From an uncultured Phenylobacterium sp. (GTDB lineage: Bacteria > Pseudomonadota > Alphaproteobacteria > Caulobacterales > Caulobacteraceae): a DNA stretch of 62,919 nucleotides. Below are positions 8,829-18,124 of this stretch, one piece after another (the stretch's first letter is position 1; each line of letters opens with the position of its first letter). The notes beneath the pieces were generated by a model. It saw only the letters and a program-made list of their open reading frames with translations. It was not told the DNA's origin and ran no database searches. The stretch covers positions 1 to 62,919 of the forward strand of contig CAYQPL010000001.1 in NCBI GenBank assembly GCA_964419395.1, written 5' to 3'. Both the position numbers and the translations under genes were made by a program.

Positions 8829-9089
8829 ATGACCTATCGCATTCACCTGACCGTAGCGGCGCTGGCCCTCGGTCTCGTCGCGGCCGCAGGCGCCGCCGCC
8901 GCCCAGCCCTACGGCAAGGGCGGCAATTACAGCATGGCGCAGGCCCAAAAGCCGCCGGCGGCCGAAGCCCGCCCCGCGCGGGACTGCGACTGTCCGATGA
9001 TGAAGGGCGACCAGGCCATGCGCGAGCAGTGCATGACCATGATGCCGGAGCATGCGCCACCCGCGCCCAAGAGCGGCCCGGCCCGTTGA
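8829..9089 (+). CDS. Small exported Met/Cys-rich putative metal-binding protein
   Basis: GGGAG RBS; signal peptide; CDCPMMKGDQAMREQCMTMM. Confidence 0.65.
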   Translation: MTYRIHLTVAALALGLVAAAGAAAAQPYGKGGNYSMAQAQKPPAAEARPARDCDCPMMKGDQAMREQCMTMMPEHAPPAPKSGPAR

Positions 9090-9209
9090 TCGCGACCGCC
9101 GCGCGCCCCCTATCCCCTTGGGCGCGCGGTGAGCGAGGGCGTCGGCGGCCGGTTAACCTGGCCGCCGGCGCTTACGCGTCATCTCCTGTTCTTTCCGGAG
9201 GAAATCCTC

Positions 9210-10436
9210 ATGCGGCCCCTATGGCTGATGCTGGGCGCAGCGCTTTTGTCGAGCGCCGCTCAGGCCGCCCCCCTCACCTATTCAGCCGCTCTGGAGTTGG
9301 CCAGGACAGCGCCGAGCCTCCAGGCCAGCGCGCTTCAGGCCGACGCCGCCAGGGCGGCGGAACGTGCGGCCGGCCAACTGCCAGATCCGAAGCTCACGTT
9401 CGGTGTCGACAACTTTCCGATCTCCGGCCCGAACGCTGGTCGCCTCGGCTCTAACGAGATGACGATGGCGCGGATCGGGATCATGCAGGAATTCCCGAAT
9501 GCAGGGCGGCGACGGGCCGCCACCGCGACAGCCCGCGCCGAGACGCAGATAGCTCTCGCCGACACGGACCTGCAGCGGCGCAAGCTCCGTGCCGCGGTCG
9601 CCCTAGCCTGGATCGATCTGGCTTATGCGGAGCGTCGGGTCGCGGAACTCGATCAGCTCGTCGGGGGGCTCCGAGAGCTCTGGGAAGGCCAGCCGGCGGG
9701 TGTCGCGTCCGGCGCGGCGCGTCCGGCGACGGGCATCGAGCCGATCCGGCTCAAAGCCGAGTTTGCAAACCGGCGCAGCGAGCTCGTCGCCGAAGCCGCC
9801 AAGGCTCGGGCCGAACTCACCCGCTGGACGGGAGACCCAAACCCGACGACGGTCGGCGCGCCGCCACACCTGGAAATCGAACCCGCCGTCCTGCGGACCG
9901 AGGTGACGGACCATCCCGCGCTTGCCGTCCTTGCAGCTTCGACGGACCGCGCCGACGCCGAGGTCGCCGGCGCACGCGCGGCCAAGCGTCCCGACTGGAG
10001 CTTTGAGGTGATGTATGGCCGCCGCGACCCGATGTTCGGGGACATGGTCTCCGCAGGGGTCACGGTGAGCCTGCCGTTGTTCGCCAGCCGACGCCAGGAT
10101 CCGCTGATCGCAGCTCGGACGGCCGAGGCCGGCCGCGCCCGCGTGCTCGAAGAGGAGATGCGGCGCGAACTCGCCGCATCCCTCGAAGCGGATCTGGCCG
10201 CCCACGCCGCCCACCACGAACAGTGGCTGCGGGCCAAGGAGATCCTGGTCCCCACGGCGGAGCAGAAGGCGCACCTGGAAGTCGCCAGCTACGCCGCCGC
10301 CCGCGCGGACTACGCCGACCTCGTCGAGGCCTTCACCGGCCTCGCCGACGCCAAACTCGATGCGCTTGCCCGCGAGGCGATGGTCGCCCGCGACGGCGCC
10401 CGCATCCTGCTCACCTACGGGAGCGACAATCCGTGA
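9210..10436 (+). CDS. cusC: TolC-family outer membrane factor of a Cu/Ag RND system
   Basis: GGAGG RBS, signal peptide, GQLPDPKL, SLPLF; directly upstream of MFP and RND genes. Confidence 0.85.
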   Translation: MRPLWLMLGAALLSSAAQAAPLTYSAALELARTAPSLQASALQADAARAAERAAGQLPDPKLTFGVDNFPISGPNAGRLGSNEMTMARIGIMQEFPNAGRRRAATATARAETQIALADTDLQRRKLRAAVALAWIDLAYAERRVAELDQLVGGLRELWEGQPAGVASGAARPATGIEPIRLKAEFANRRSELVAEAAKARAELTRWTGDPNPTTVGAPPHLEIEPAVLRTEVTDHPALAVLAASTDRADAEVAGARAAKRPDWSFEVMYGRRDPMFGDMVSAGVTVSLPLFASRRQDPLIAARTAEAGRARVLEEEMRRELAASLEADLAAHAAHHEQWLRAKEILVPTAEQKAHLEVASYAAARADYADLVEAFTGLADAKLDALAREAMVARDGARILLTYGSDNP

Positions 10437-11923
10437 CCCTTCCGAAATCTAACAGGGCCCGTCTGGGCCTAGGCGCCGCTGCGGCCGCCGTCCTCCTGGG
10501 CCTCGGCTTCGGCGCAGGCCGCCTCCTCGATGGACACGTCGGCGCGGCGCCGGCGGCGGACCAAGCCGCCTCCGGCGAGCGCAAGGTCCTCTACTGGTAC
10601 GATCCGATGGTGCCGAGCCAGCGGTTCGACAAGCCCGGCAAGTCGCCGTTCATGGACATGCAGCTCGTGCCCAAGTACGCCGACGAGGTCGCTGGCGGCG
10701 GCGGGGTGCAGATCGACCCGGCCGTCGCCCAGAACCTCGGGGTGCGGCTGGCGACGGTCGAGACCGGATCTCTGCCAAGCGGCCTGACCGCCACGGGCGT
10801 GGTGGAGTTTAACGAACGCGACGTGGCCGTCGTCCAGGCGAAGGCCGGCGGCTTCGTCCAGCGGGTTTACGGCCGGGCTCCGGCCGATGTGGTGCCTGCC
10901 GGCGCCCCGCTGGCCGACCTGCTTGTCCCGGAGTGGGCCGGAGCCCAGGGCGAGTTCCTCGCGGTTGTCCGCACGCGCGATCCAGCCCTGATCCGCGCCG
11001 CGCGAAATCGCCTGCGCCTGCTCGGGATGTCGCCTGAGCTGATCGCCGCCGTGGAACGGAGCGGCCGGGTCCGCAACGTGGTGACGGTGACCACGCCGAG
11101 CGGCGGAATGATCAAGACCCTGGCCGTGCGCAACGGCATGACCGTGATGGCGGGCGAGACCCTCGCAGAGGTGAACGGCCTGGCCCGGGTCTGGCTGAAC
11201 GCCGCCGTCCCGGAGGCGCAGGCCTCGCAGGTGCGTGTCGGCGAGACCGTGACGGCGAACCTCGCCGCCTATCCCGGAGAGACCTTCAGCGGCCAGGTCA
11301 CCGCCATCCTGCCGCAGACCGAGGCGGCCAGCCGCACCCTGACCGCACGCATCGAGCTCGCCAACCGTGGCGGTCGCCTGCGTCCGGGCATGTTCGCCAC
11401 CGTCGAGTTCGGCGGCCAGTCCCGGCCCGCCCTGCTGGTCCCCTCCGAAGCGGTGATCCGAACCGGCCGGCGGGCGCTGGTCATGGTGGCCAAGGACGGG
11501 GGCCGGTACGTCCCCGCGGAAGTGCAGGTCGGCCGCGAGGCCGGCGGCAAGACTGAGATCCTGGCCGGCCTCGCCGCCGGGGAGAAGGTGGTCGCCTCGG
11601 GCCAGTTCCTGCTGGACTCGGAGGCCAGCCTCGCCGGGCTGCATGCGCGTCCGATCACCGGCGCCGACACGCAGGCGAAGGCGGCCGCCGCCCCGGCGCT
11701 GCACCGCTCCCACGGCCGCGTCGAGCAGATCTCGCCCACCTCGGTCACCCTCTCTCACGATCCCGTCCCGGCGTTGCAATGGCCGGCCATGACCATGGCG
11801 TTCAAGCTCGCCTCCCCGCGGCTGGCGACCGGGGTCAAGACCGGTGACCGCGTGAGCTTCGCCTTCGCGCAGACCCCGGCCGGCCCGGTCGTTCGCGAGA
11901 TGACCAAGGCGGGCGCGCAATGA
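10433..11923 (+). CDS. cusB: CusB-type membrane fusion protein with N-terminal metal-binding domain and C-terminal CusF-like domain
   Basis: GTG overlapping the cusC stop; YWYDPM...[13 protein letters not shown]; LRPGMF; C-terminal [18 protein letters not shown]. Confidence 0.9.
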   Translation: MTLPKSNRARLGLGAAAAAVLLGLGFGAGRLLDGHVGAAPAADQAASGERKVLYWYDPMVPSQRFDKPGKSPFMDMQLVPKYADEVAGGGGVQIDPAVAQNLGVRLATVETGSLPSGLTATGVVEFNERDVAVVQAKAGGFVQRVYGRAPADVVPAGAPLADLLVPEWAGAQGEFLAVVRTRDPALIRAARNRLRLLGMSPELIAAVERSGRVRNVVTVTTPSGGMIKTLAVRNGMTVMAGETLAEVNGLARVWLNAAVPEAQASQVRVGETVTANLAAYPGETFSGQVTAILPQTEAASRTLTARIELANRGGRLRPGMFATVEFGGQSRPALLVPSEAVIRTGRRALVMVAKDGGRYVPAEVQVGREAGGKTEILAGLAAGEKVVASGQFLLDSEASLAGLHARPITGADTQAKAAAAPALHRSHGRVEQISPTSVTLSHDPVPALQWPAMTMAFKLASPRLATGVKTGDRVSFAFAQTPAGPVVREMTKAGAQ

Positions 11924-14900
11924 TCGGCGCTCTCATCCGCGCCTCGGTCCGGGGCCGCTTCTTCGTCCTCTTGGCCGCGCTCGCCTTCACTGTGGCCGGC
12001 GTCTGGGCCGTGCGAACCACGCCGGTGGACGCCCTGCCCGACCTCTCGGACGTGCAGGTGGTGATCCGCACCACCTATCCTGGACAGGCGCCGCAGATCG
12101 TCGAAAACCAGGTCACCTATCCGCTGACCACGACCATGCTCTCGGTGCCCGGCGCCCGCATGGTCCGCGGGTACTCCTTCTTCGGCGACAGCTTCGTCTA
12201 CGTCCTCTTCGAAGACGGCACCGACCTCTACTGGGCCCGCTCACGGGTGCTGGAGTACCTCAACCAGGTTCAGGCGCGCCTGCCGCAGGGCGCCGAGTCC
12301 TCCCTCGGGCCCGACGCCACCGGCGTCGGCTGGATCTACGAATACGCCCTCGTCGATCGCAGCGGCCGCAACGACCTCGCCCAGCTTCGGAGCCTGCAGG
12401 ACTGGTTTCTTCGCTACGAGCTGAAGACCGTGCCGGGCGTGGCCGAGGTCGCCGCCATCGGCGGCATGGTGCGCCAGTACCAGGTGGTGCTCGATCCGGT
12501 GAAGCTGGCGAGCTACGGCGTCACCCATCAGGAGGTGGTGGAGGCGATCCAGCGCGCCAACCAGGAGGCGGGCGGCTCGGTGTTGGAACTCGGCGAAGCC
12601 GAGTACATGGTCCGCGCCGGCGGCTATCTGAATGATCTCGAAGACTTTCGGGCCATTCCCTTGCGCACGGCCGCCGGCGGCGTGCCCGTCCGGCTCGGCG
12701 ACGTGGCCTTCGTGCAGATCGGCCCGGAGATGCGGCGCGGCATCGCCGAGCTCAACGGCCAGGGCGAAGTGGCCGGCGGCGTGGTCATCCTCAGATCCGG
12801 CGAGAACGCCCGCGCCACCATCGCCGCCGTCAAGGACAAGTTGGAAGAGCTAAAGCGCAGCCTGCCCCCCGGCGTGGAGGTGGTCCCCACCTACGACCGT
12901 TCGCAGCTGATCGACCGCGCGATCTCGAACCTGACGCAGAAGCTCGCGGAGGAGTTCGTTGTCGTCGCCGTGGTCTGCGCCCTCTTTCTCTGGCACGCTA
13001 GGTCGGCGCTGGTGGCGATCGTCACCTTGCCGCTGGGCGTGCTGTTCGCCTTCCTCATCATGCGGGTGCAGGGCGTGAACGCAAACATCATGTCCCTGGG
13101 CGGCATCGCGATCGCCGTGGGCGCCATGGTCGACGCCGCCATCGTCATGATCGAGAACGCCCACAAGCACCTCGAATCCTGGGCCCACAAAAACCCTGAA
13201 CGGCGGATGGACGAGCCCACCCGCTGGCGGCTCATCGCCGACGCGGCGGTCGAGGTCGGCCCCGCCCTTTTCCTGAGCCTAGTGATCATCACCCTCTCCT
13301 TCGTGCCGATCTTCGCGCTGCAGGCGCAGGAAGGCCGCCTCTTCTCACCGCTAGCGTTCACCAAGAGCTACGCCATGGCGGGGGCGGCGATCCTGTCAGT
13401 CACCCTCGTGCCGGTCCTGATGGGCTATCTGATCCGCGGACGCATCCCCGCCGAGGACGCCAACCCCATCAACCGCTGGCTGACCCGGGCCTACCGGCCG
13501 GCCATCGACTGGGTGCTGCGCAAGCCCAGGACGATCCTGCTGCTGGCGCTCGTCGTCTTTGCCACGACCGCGTGGCCCCTGAGCCGGCTGGGCGGGGAGT
13601 TCATTCCGCCGATGGACGAGGGCGACCTGCTCTACATGCCCTCGGCCCTGCCCGGCATCTCCGCGGCCAAGGCCGCCGAGCTGCTTCAGCAGACGGATCG
13701 GCTCATCAAGACCGTCCCGGAAGTAGAGACCGTCTTTGGCAAGGCCGGACGGGCGGAGACCGCCACCGACCCTGCGCCGCTGGAGATGTTCGAGACCACA
13801 ATCCAGTTCAAGCCGCGCAGCGAATGGCGGCCGGGCATGACGCCGGAGAAGCTGATCGAGGAGCTGGACCGTGTCGTGCAGGTCCCAGGCCTCGCCAACG
13901 TCTGGGTGCCGCCGATCCGCAACCGCATCGACATGCTGGCCACGGGGATCAAGAGCCCGATCGGCGTGAAGGTCTCGGGCTCCGACCTGGCCCGGATCGA
14001 CCGGGTCGCGGCCCAGGTGGAGGCGGTCGCCAAAGGCGTCCCGGGCGTGAGCTCGGCGCTAGCCGAGCGACTGACCGGCGGGCGCTATGTCCAGGTCGAC
14101 ATCGACCGGGCGCTGGCCGGCCGCTACGGGCTGAACATCGCCGACGTCCAGGCCATCGTCTCCGGCGCGGTCGGCGGCGAGACCATCGGCGAGACGGTGG
14201 AAGGGGTCGCGCGCTATCCGATCAACGTGCGCTACCCGCGCGAGCTTCGTGACAGCCTCGAAGGTCTGCGGGCCCTGCCGATCCTCACCCCCTCGGGCCA
14301 GCAGATCACCCTCGGCTCAGTGGCGCAGGTGGCAGTCACCGACGGCCCGCCGATGCTGAAGACCGAGAATGCCCGGCCCTCGACCTGGGTCTATGTGGAT
14401 GTGCGGGACCGAGACCTGAGCTCTGTCGTCTCGGACCTTCAGGCGGCGGTCACCGAAGAAATCAAGCTGCCGCCGGGCGTCTCGATCGCCTATTCCGGAC
14501 AGTTCGAGTATCTTGAGCGCGCAGCCGACCGCCTGAAGCTCGTCGTGCCAGCCACGCTCGCGATCATCTTCGTGTTGCTCTACGTCACCTTCGGCCGGTT
14601 CGACGAAGCCGCGCTGATCATGGCCACCCTGCCCTTTGCTCTCACTGGCGGGTTCTGGATGCTCTACCTGCTGGGCTACAACCAGTCGGTCGCGACCGGC
14701 GTCGGCTTCATTGCCTTGGCCGGCGTGGCGGCAGAATTCGGCGTCGTCATGCTGATCTACCTCAAGCACGCCCTGGCGGAACGCGGCCCCAACCCCAGCC
14801 GGGCCGACGTGGACGCCGCCGTCCGCGAAGGGGCGCTCCAACGGGTGCGGCCGAAGGCCATGACCGTGGCCGTGATCCTCGCCGGCCTTGCACCGATCCT

Positions 14901-15075
14901 GATCGGCCACGGGGCAGGCTCGGAGGTCATGAGCCGCATCGCGGCGCCCATGATCGGCGGCATGCTGAGCGCCCCGCTGCTCTCCATGCTGGTCATCCCC
15001 GCCGGCTACCTGCTGCTCCGCCGGCGGCAGGCCGATCGACGTTCCCACGCTTCAACCCAAGGAGAACCCCAATGA
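11920..15075 (+). CDS. cusA: CusA/SilA Cu(I)/Ag(I) HME-RND transporter
   Basis: [56 protein letters not shown]. Confidence 0.95.
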   Translation: MIGALIRASVRGRFFVLLAALAFTVAGVWAVRTTPVDALPDLSDVQVVIRTTYPGQAPQIVENQVTYPLTTTMLSVPGARMVRGYSFFGDSFVYVLFEDGTDLYWARSRVLEYLNQVQARLPQGAESSLGPDATGVGWIYEYALVDRSGRNDLAQLRSLQDWFLRYELKTVPGVAEVAAIGGMVRQYQVVLDPVKLASYGVTHQEVVEAIQRANQEAGGSVLELGEAEYMVRAGGYLNDLEDFRAIPLRTAAGGVPVRLGDVAFVQIGPEMRRGIAELNGQGEVAGGVVILRSGENARATIAAVKDKLEELKRSLPPGVEVVPTYDRSQLIDRAISNLTQKLAEEFVVVAVVCALFLWHARSALVAIVTLPLGVLFAFLIMRVQGVNANIMSLGGIAIAVGAMVDAAIVMIENAHKHLESWAHKNPERRMDEPTRWRLIADAAVEVGPALFLSLVIITLSFVPIFALQAQEGRLFSPLAFTKSYAMAGAAILSVTLVPVLMGYLIRGRIPAEDANPINRWLTRAYRPAIDWVLRKPRTILLLALVVFATTAWPLSRLGGEFIPPMDEGDLLYMPSALPGISAAKAAELLQQTDRLIKTVPEVETVFGKAGRAETATDPAPLEMFETTIQFKPRSEWRPGMTPEKLIEELDRVVQVPGLANVWVPPIRNRIDMLATGIKSPIGVKVSGSDLARIDRVAAQVEAVAKGVPGVSSALAERLTGGRYVQVDIDRALAGRYGLNIADVQAIVSGAVGGETIGETVEGVARYPINVRYPRELRDSLEGLRALPILTPSGQQITLGSVAQVAVTDGPPMLKTENARPSTWVYVDVRDRDLSSVVSDLQAAVTEEIKLPPGVSIAYSGQFEYLERAADRLKLVVPATLAIIFVLLYVTFGRFDEAALIMATLPFALTGGFWMLYLLGYNQSVATGVGFIALAGVAAEFGVVMLIYLKHALAERGPNPSRADVDAAVREGALQRVRPKAMTVAVILAGLAPILIGHGAGSEVMSRIAAPMIGGMLSAPLLSMLVIPAGYLLLRRRQADRRSHASTQGEPQ

Positions 15076-15464
15076 AGCGTCTTCTGACGACTGCGGCCGC
15101 GCTCGGCCTGACTGTGGCCCTGGCGGCCTGCGGCGGCCAAGCCGACACTGAGACGGCTGAAGCCCCAGCGGCGGCCGAGCCGGCGGCGCCGGCGGGGAAC
15201 ACCGCCATGGACGGCATGAACATGGCCCCGGCGGGAAGCGCCCAGACGGTCCGAAGCACGGGGACCGTGACCGCGGTGGATCCGGCGGCGGGCACGGTGA
15301 CGATCGACCATGCGCCCATCCCGGAGGCCAACTGGCCGGCGATGACCATGGGCTTCAAGGCCAGTCCGGCCGTGGCCCAGAGGGTCGCGGTCGGTGACAA
15401 GGTGGCCTTCGATCTGAAGCTCGAGAATGGCGGCGGGGAAATCACCGCCATCCAGAAGCAGTAG
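15072..15464 (+). CDS. cusF: CusF-family copper-binding lipoprotein
   Basis: Lipobox LAAC; [18 protein letters not shown]. Confidence 0.9.
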   Translation: MKRLLTTAAALGLTVALAACGGQADTETAEAPAAAEPAAPAGNTAMDGMNMAPAGSAQTVRSTGTVTAVDPAAGTVTIDHAPIPEANWPAMTMGFKASPAVAQRVAVGDKVAFDLKLENGGGEITAIQKQ

Positions 15465-15474
15465 GTCTCACTTC

Positions 15475-15509
15475 GGCGGCGGGCGAACGCGCGTCGCGCG
15501 CCCGCCGCC
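15475..15509 (+). terminator. GC-rich stem-loop after cusF (no U-tract)
   Basis: GGCGGCGGGCG ... CGCCCGCCGCC, perfect 11-bp arms. Confidence 0.4.
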
Positions 15510-15550
15510 CTCTGCCGCGTGAGCAGCAAACGCCAGTCGGAGATATCGAT

Positions 15551-15697
15551 ATGAACTGTATGAACATGATGGACGGGATGGGCGCCATGGGCGGGATGAT
15601 GATGCTCGCCATGGGCGCCCAGTGGCTGCTGCTCGTTGCGCTTGCCGTCCTCGGCATCGCGGCGCTCGTGAAGTACCTTCGCACCCCCTCGCGGTGA
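15551..15697 (+). CDS. 48-aa Met-rich single-TM small protein
   Basis: Not in the ORF track; GGAG RBS; MNCMNMMDGMGAMGGMMMLAMGAQWLLLVALAVLGIAALVKYLRTPSR. Confidence 0.75.
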   Translation: MNCMNMMDGMGAMGGMMMLAMGAQWLLLVALAVLGIAALVKYLRTPSR

Positions 15698-15724
15698 CCC
15701 CCTGACGACCGGGTCACCGCGAGG

Positions 15725-15750
15725 GGAACCGCATCCAGGTCGCTTGTGTT
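15725..15750 (+). promoter_or_regulatory. Candidate EcfG/SigT general-stress promoter
   Basis: GGAAC-N17-TGTT, 36 bp upstream of the CBS gene. Confidence 0.5.
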
Positions 15751-15786
15751 GGGGCTGGGACTCCGAAAGGCGAGAAGGATCGAGCG

Positions 15787-16230
15787 ATGCAGGTGCAAGA
15801 GGTGATGACGCGCAATCCGGTGTGCTGTGCGCCGGAAACCCGGCTGAGCGACGCAGCCAGGCTGATGGCGGAGCACGATTGCGGCGAGTTGCCAGTTCTC
15901 GACGAGGGCGGACGCCCGATCGGCGTGGTCACCGATCGCGACATCTGCTGCCGCGGCATGGCCCAGGAGAAGGGGCCGGACGCCTCGGTCCGCGAGGTGA
16001 TGTCGCGACCGGCCGTGACCACCACGCCGGACGCGGACCTGGACGACTGCTGCCGGACGCTGGAGGAGAACCAGATCCGCCGAATCCCGGTCGTGGACGA
16101 GACCGGAAGGTGCTGCGGGATGGTCTCCCAGGCCGACATTGCCCGCCACGCGTCGGAAGACGCCACCGCGAGCCTGGTGCGGGACATTTCGCGCCCCACC
16201 GAAGAGGCGTCGCGCGTCGGCTGCTGCTGA
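15787..16230 (+). CDS. Tandem CBS-domain protein, Cys-rich
   Basis: VQEVMTRNP, GELPV, GVVTDRDI, IRRIPVVD, GMVSQADI. Confidence 0.88.
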   Translation: MQVQEVMTRNPVCCAPETRLSDAARLMAEHDCGELPVLDEGGRPIGVVTDRDICCRGMAQEKGPDASVREVMSRPAVTTTPDADLDDCCRTLEENQIRRIPVVDETGRCCGMVSQADIARHASEDATASLVRDISRPTEEASRVGCC

Positions 16231-16291
16231 AGCTCGTTCCCTCGCGTCCGAACCCGCCGAAGCGCGAAAGGCGCTTGTGTGACATCTTCCA

Positions 16292-18124
16292 TCAGATGGA
16301 GTGGTGTCGCTGGCGGCCCCGCTGATCCGCCGGACGCTGCGACAGCGAGAGATTACGGGCCGTGTCCGCCAAGGCCAGGTGGGAGAAGGCTTGCGGGAAG
16401 TTGCCGAGCTGACGCCGGGCGATCAGGTCATACTGCTCGGCGAGCAGGCCCACGTCGTTCCGCAAATCGAGTAGCCGCTCAAAAAGGTTCCGAGCCGCTG
16501 AGCGGCGTCCCTGCAAGACGAGATTGTCAGCCAGCCAGAAGCTGCAGGCGAGGAAGGCGCCCTCGCCTGGCGGCAAGCCATCGTGCGTCTCTGCGGTGTC
16601 GTAGCGCAGCACCAGGCCATCGCTGAGCAAACGCTGCTCGACGGCGGCAACCGTGCCGCGGACCCGCGGGTCCTCCGGCGGCAGGAAACCTACCAGCGGC
16701 AGCAACAAGAGGCTCGCGTCGAGCCGCTTGGATCCATAGGCCTGCACGAAGCTGTTCAGCTCCTCGTCGAAGCCGTTGCGGCAGATGTCCTCGTGCAGGT
16801 CGCGCCGCAGCCGCCGCCAACGATCCGCCGGTCCAGGGAGGCCATAGGCAGCCACGCTGCGCACGGCGCGGTCGAACGCGACCCAAGCCATCACCTTGGA
16901 ATGGGTGAAATGCTGACGGCCGCCGCGGGTCTCCCAGATTCCCTCGTCAGGTTGGTCCCAGATCGTCTCCAGGTGGTCCAGCAACACCCTCTGGAGCGCC
17001 CAAGCTTCATGGTTGTGGTCGAGGTTCGCGCAACGCGCCTGGTAGAACGCGTCCATCACCTCACCATAGACATCCAGCTGTAACTGACCGGCCGCCGCAT
17101 TGCCGATGCGCACGGGACGGGAACGCTCATATCCCGGCAGCCAGTCGAGCTCGAGTTCCGGCAGCCGGCGTTCACCGCCGAGGCCATACATGATCTGAGC
17201 TTGAGCAGGGCTGCCGGCGACGGCGCGCAACAACCACTCGCGCCAAGCTCGCGCCTCATCGAGGTATCCGGCGTCCAGCAGCGACAACAGGGCGAAGGTC
17301 GCGTCTCTCAGCCAGCAGTAGCGATAATCCCAATTCCGGGGACCGCCGATCTTCTCCGGCAGCGATGTCGTCGGCGCAGCGACAATGCCGCCCGTCGGCG
17401 CGTAGGTCAGGGCCTTCAAGACGATATGCGATCCTAGGACAGCTGCGGACCACTCGCCCTCGTACTGGCACCTCGAGGACCATTGGCGCCAAGCGCGCTC
17501 CGTCTCGGCGAGCGCTTGCGTCGGTTCGAGCGCAGGCGGCGGCTCCAAGTGCGAAGCGCCGTGCGACAGAGTGAAGGCCACCGTCTCGCCGGCTTGCACG
17601 GTGAAATTGCTGACGGTCCTGAGGTCTTCGCCTTTCAGCGGTATACCGGTGCGCAGGACGACCATATCTGGACCGGCCACTGCGCGCAGCCCTCGCCCAT
17701 CCTCCAGACGGGTGACCCAGGGAGCGGTGACGCCATAGTCGAAGCGCATCACCAGCTCGGCGTGCATCGCGACTTGACCATGCCGCCCGACCACCAAGCG
17801 CGTCAGGTCCGGGCGGCCCCCCTGGAAGGGCATGAAGTCAACCAGCGTCACTGCCCCGTCCTGCGTCTCGTAATCGGTTTCCAGAATCAGCGTCCCGTCG
17901 CGGTAACGCCGCTGGATACGGGGGCGCGGATCGTCCGGCGCGATCAGCCAGCGACCGTGCTCTGGTCTCCCCAGCAGGGCGGCGAAGACGGCCCCGGAGT
18001 CGAACCGCGGCCAGCAGAGCCAATCGATGGAGCCAGTCCGCGAAACCAGGGCCGCGGAGTGGCAGTCTCCGATCAGCGCGTAGTCCTCAATCCGGGAAGA
18101 GGCGCTGCCGAGCCGATCAGACAA
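16292..18124 (-). CDS. Glycoside hydrolase family 15 (trehalase/glucoamylase-like)
   Basis: IEDYALIGD, APTTSLPE, RNWDYRYCWLRD, GIWETRG, GNFPQAFSH. Confidence 0.92.
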   Translation of the reverse strand: MSDRLGSASSRIEDYALIGDCHSAALVSRTGSIDWLCWPRFDSGAVFAALLGRPEHGRWLIAPDDPRPRIQRRYRDGTLILETDYETQDGAVTLVDFMPFQGGRPDLTRLVVGRHGQVAMHAELVMRFDYGVTAPWVTRLEDGRGLRAVAGPDMVVLRTGIPLKGEDLRTVSNFTVQAGETVAFTLSHGASHLEPPPALEPTQALAETERAWRQWSSRCQYEGEWSAAVLGSHIVLKALTYAPTGGIVAAPTTSLPEKIGGPRNWDYRYCWLRDATFALLSLLDAGYLDEARAWREWLLRAVAGSPAQAQIMYGLGGERRLPELELDWLPGYERSRPVRIGNAAAGQLQLDVYGEVMDAFYQARCANLDHNHEAWALQRVLLDHLETIWDQPDEGIWETRGGRQHFTHSKVMAWVAFDRAVRSVAAYGLPGPADRWRRLRRDLHEDICRNGFDEELNSFVQAYGSKRLDASLLLLPLVGFLPPEDPRVRGTVAAVEQRLLSDGLVLRYDTAETHDGLPPGEGAFLACSFWLADNLVLQGRRSAARNLFERLLDLRNDVGLLAEQYDLIARRQLGNFPQAFSHLALADTARNLSLSQRPADQRGRQRHHSI

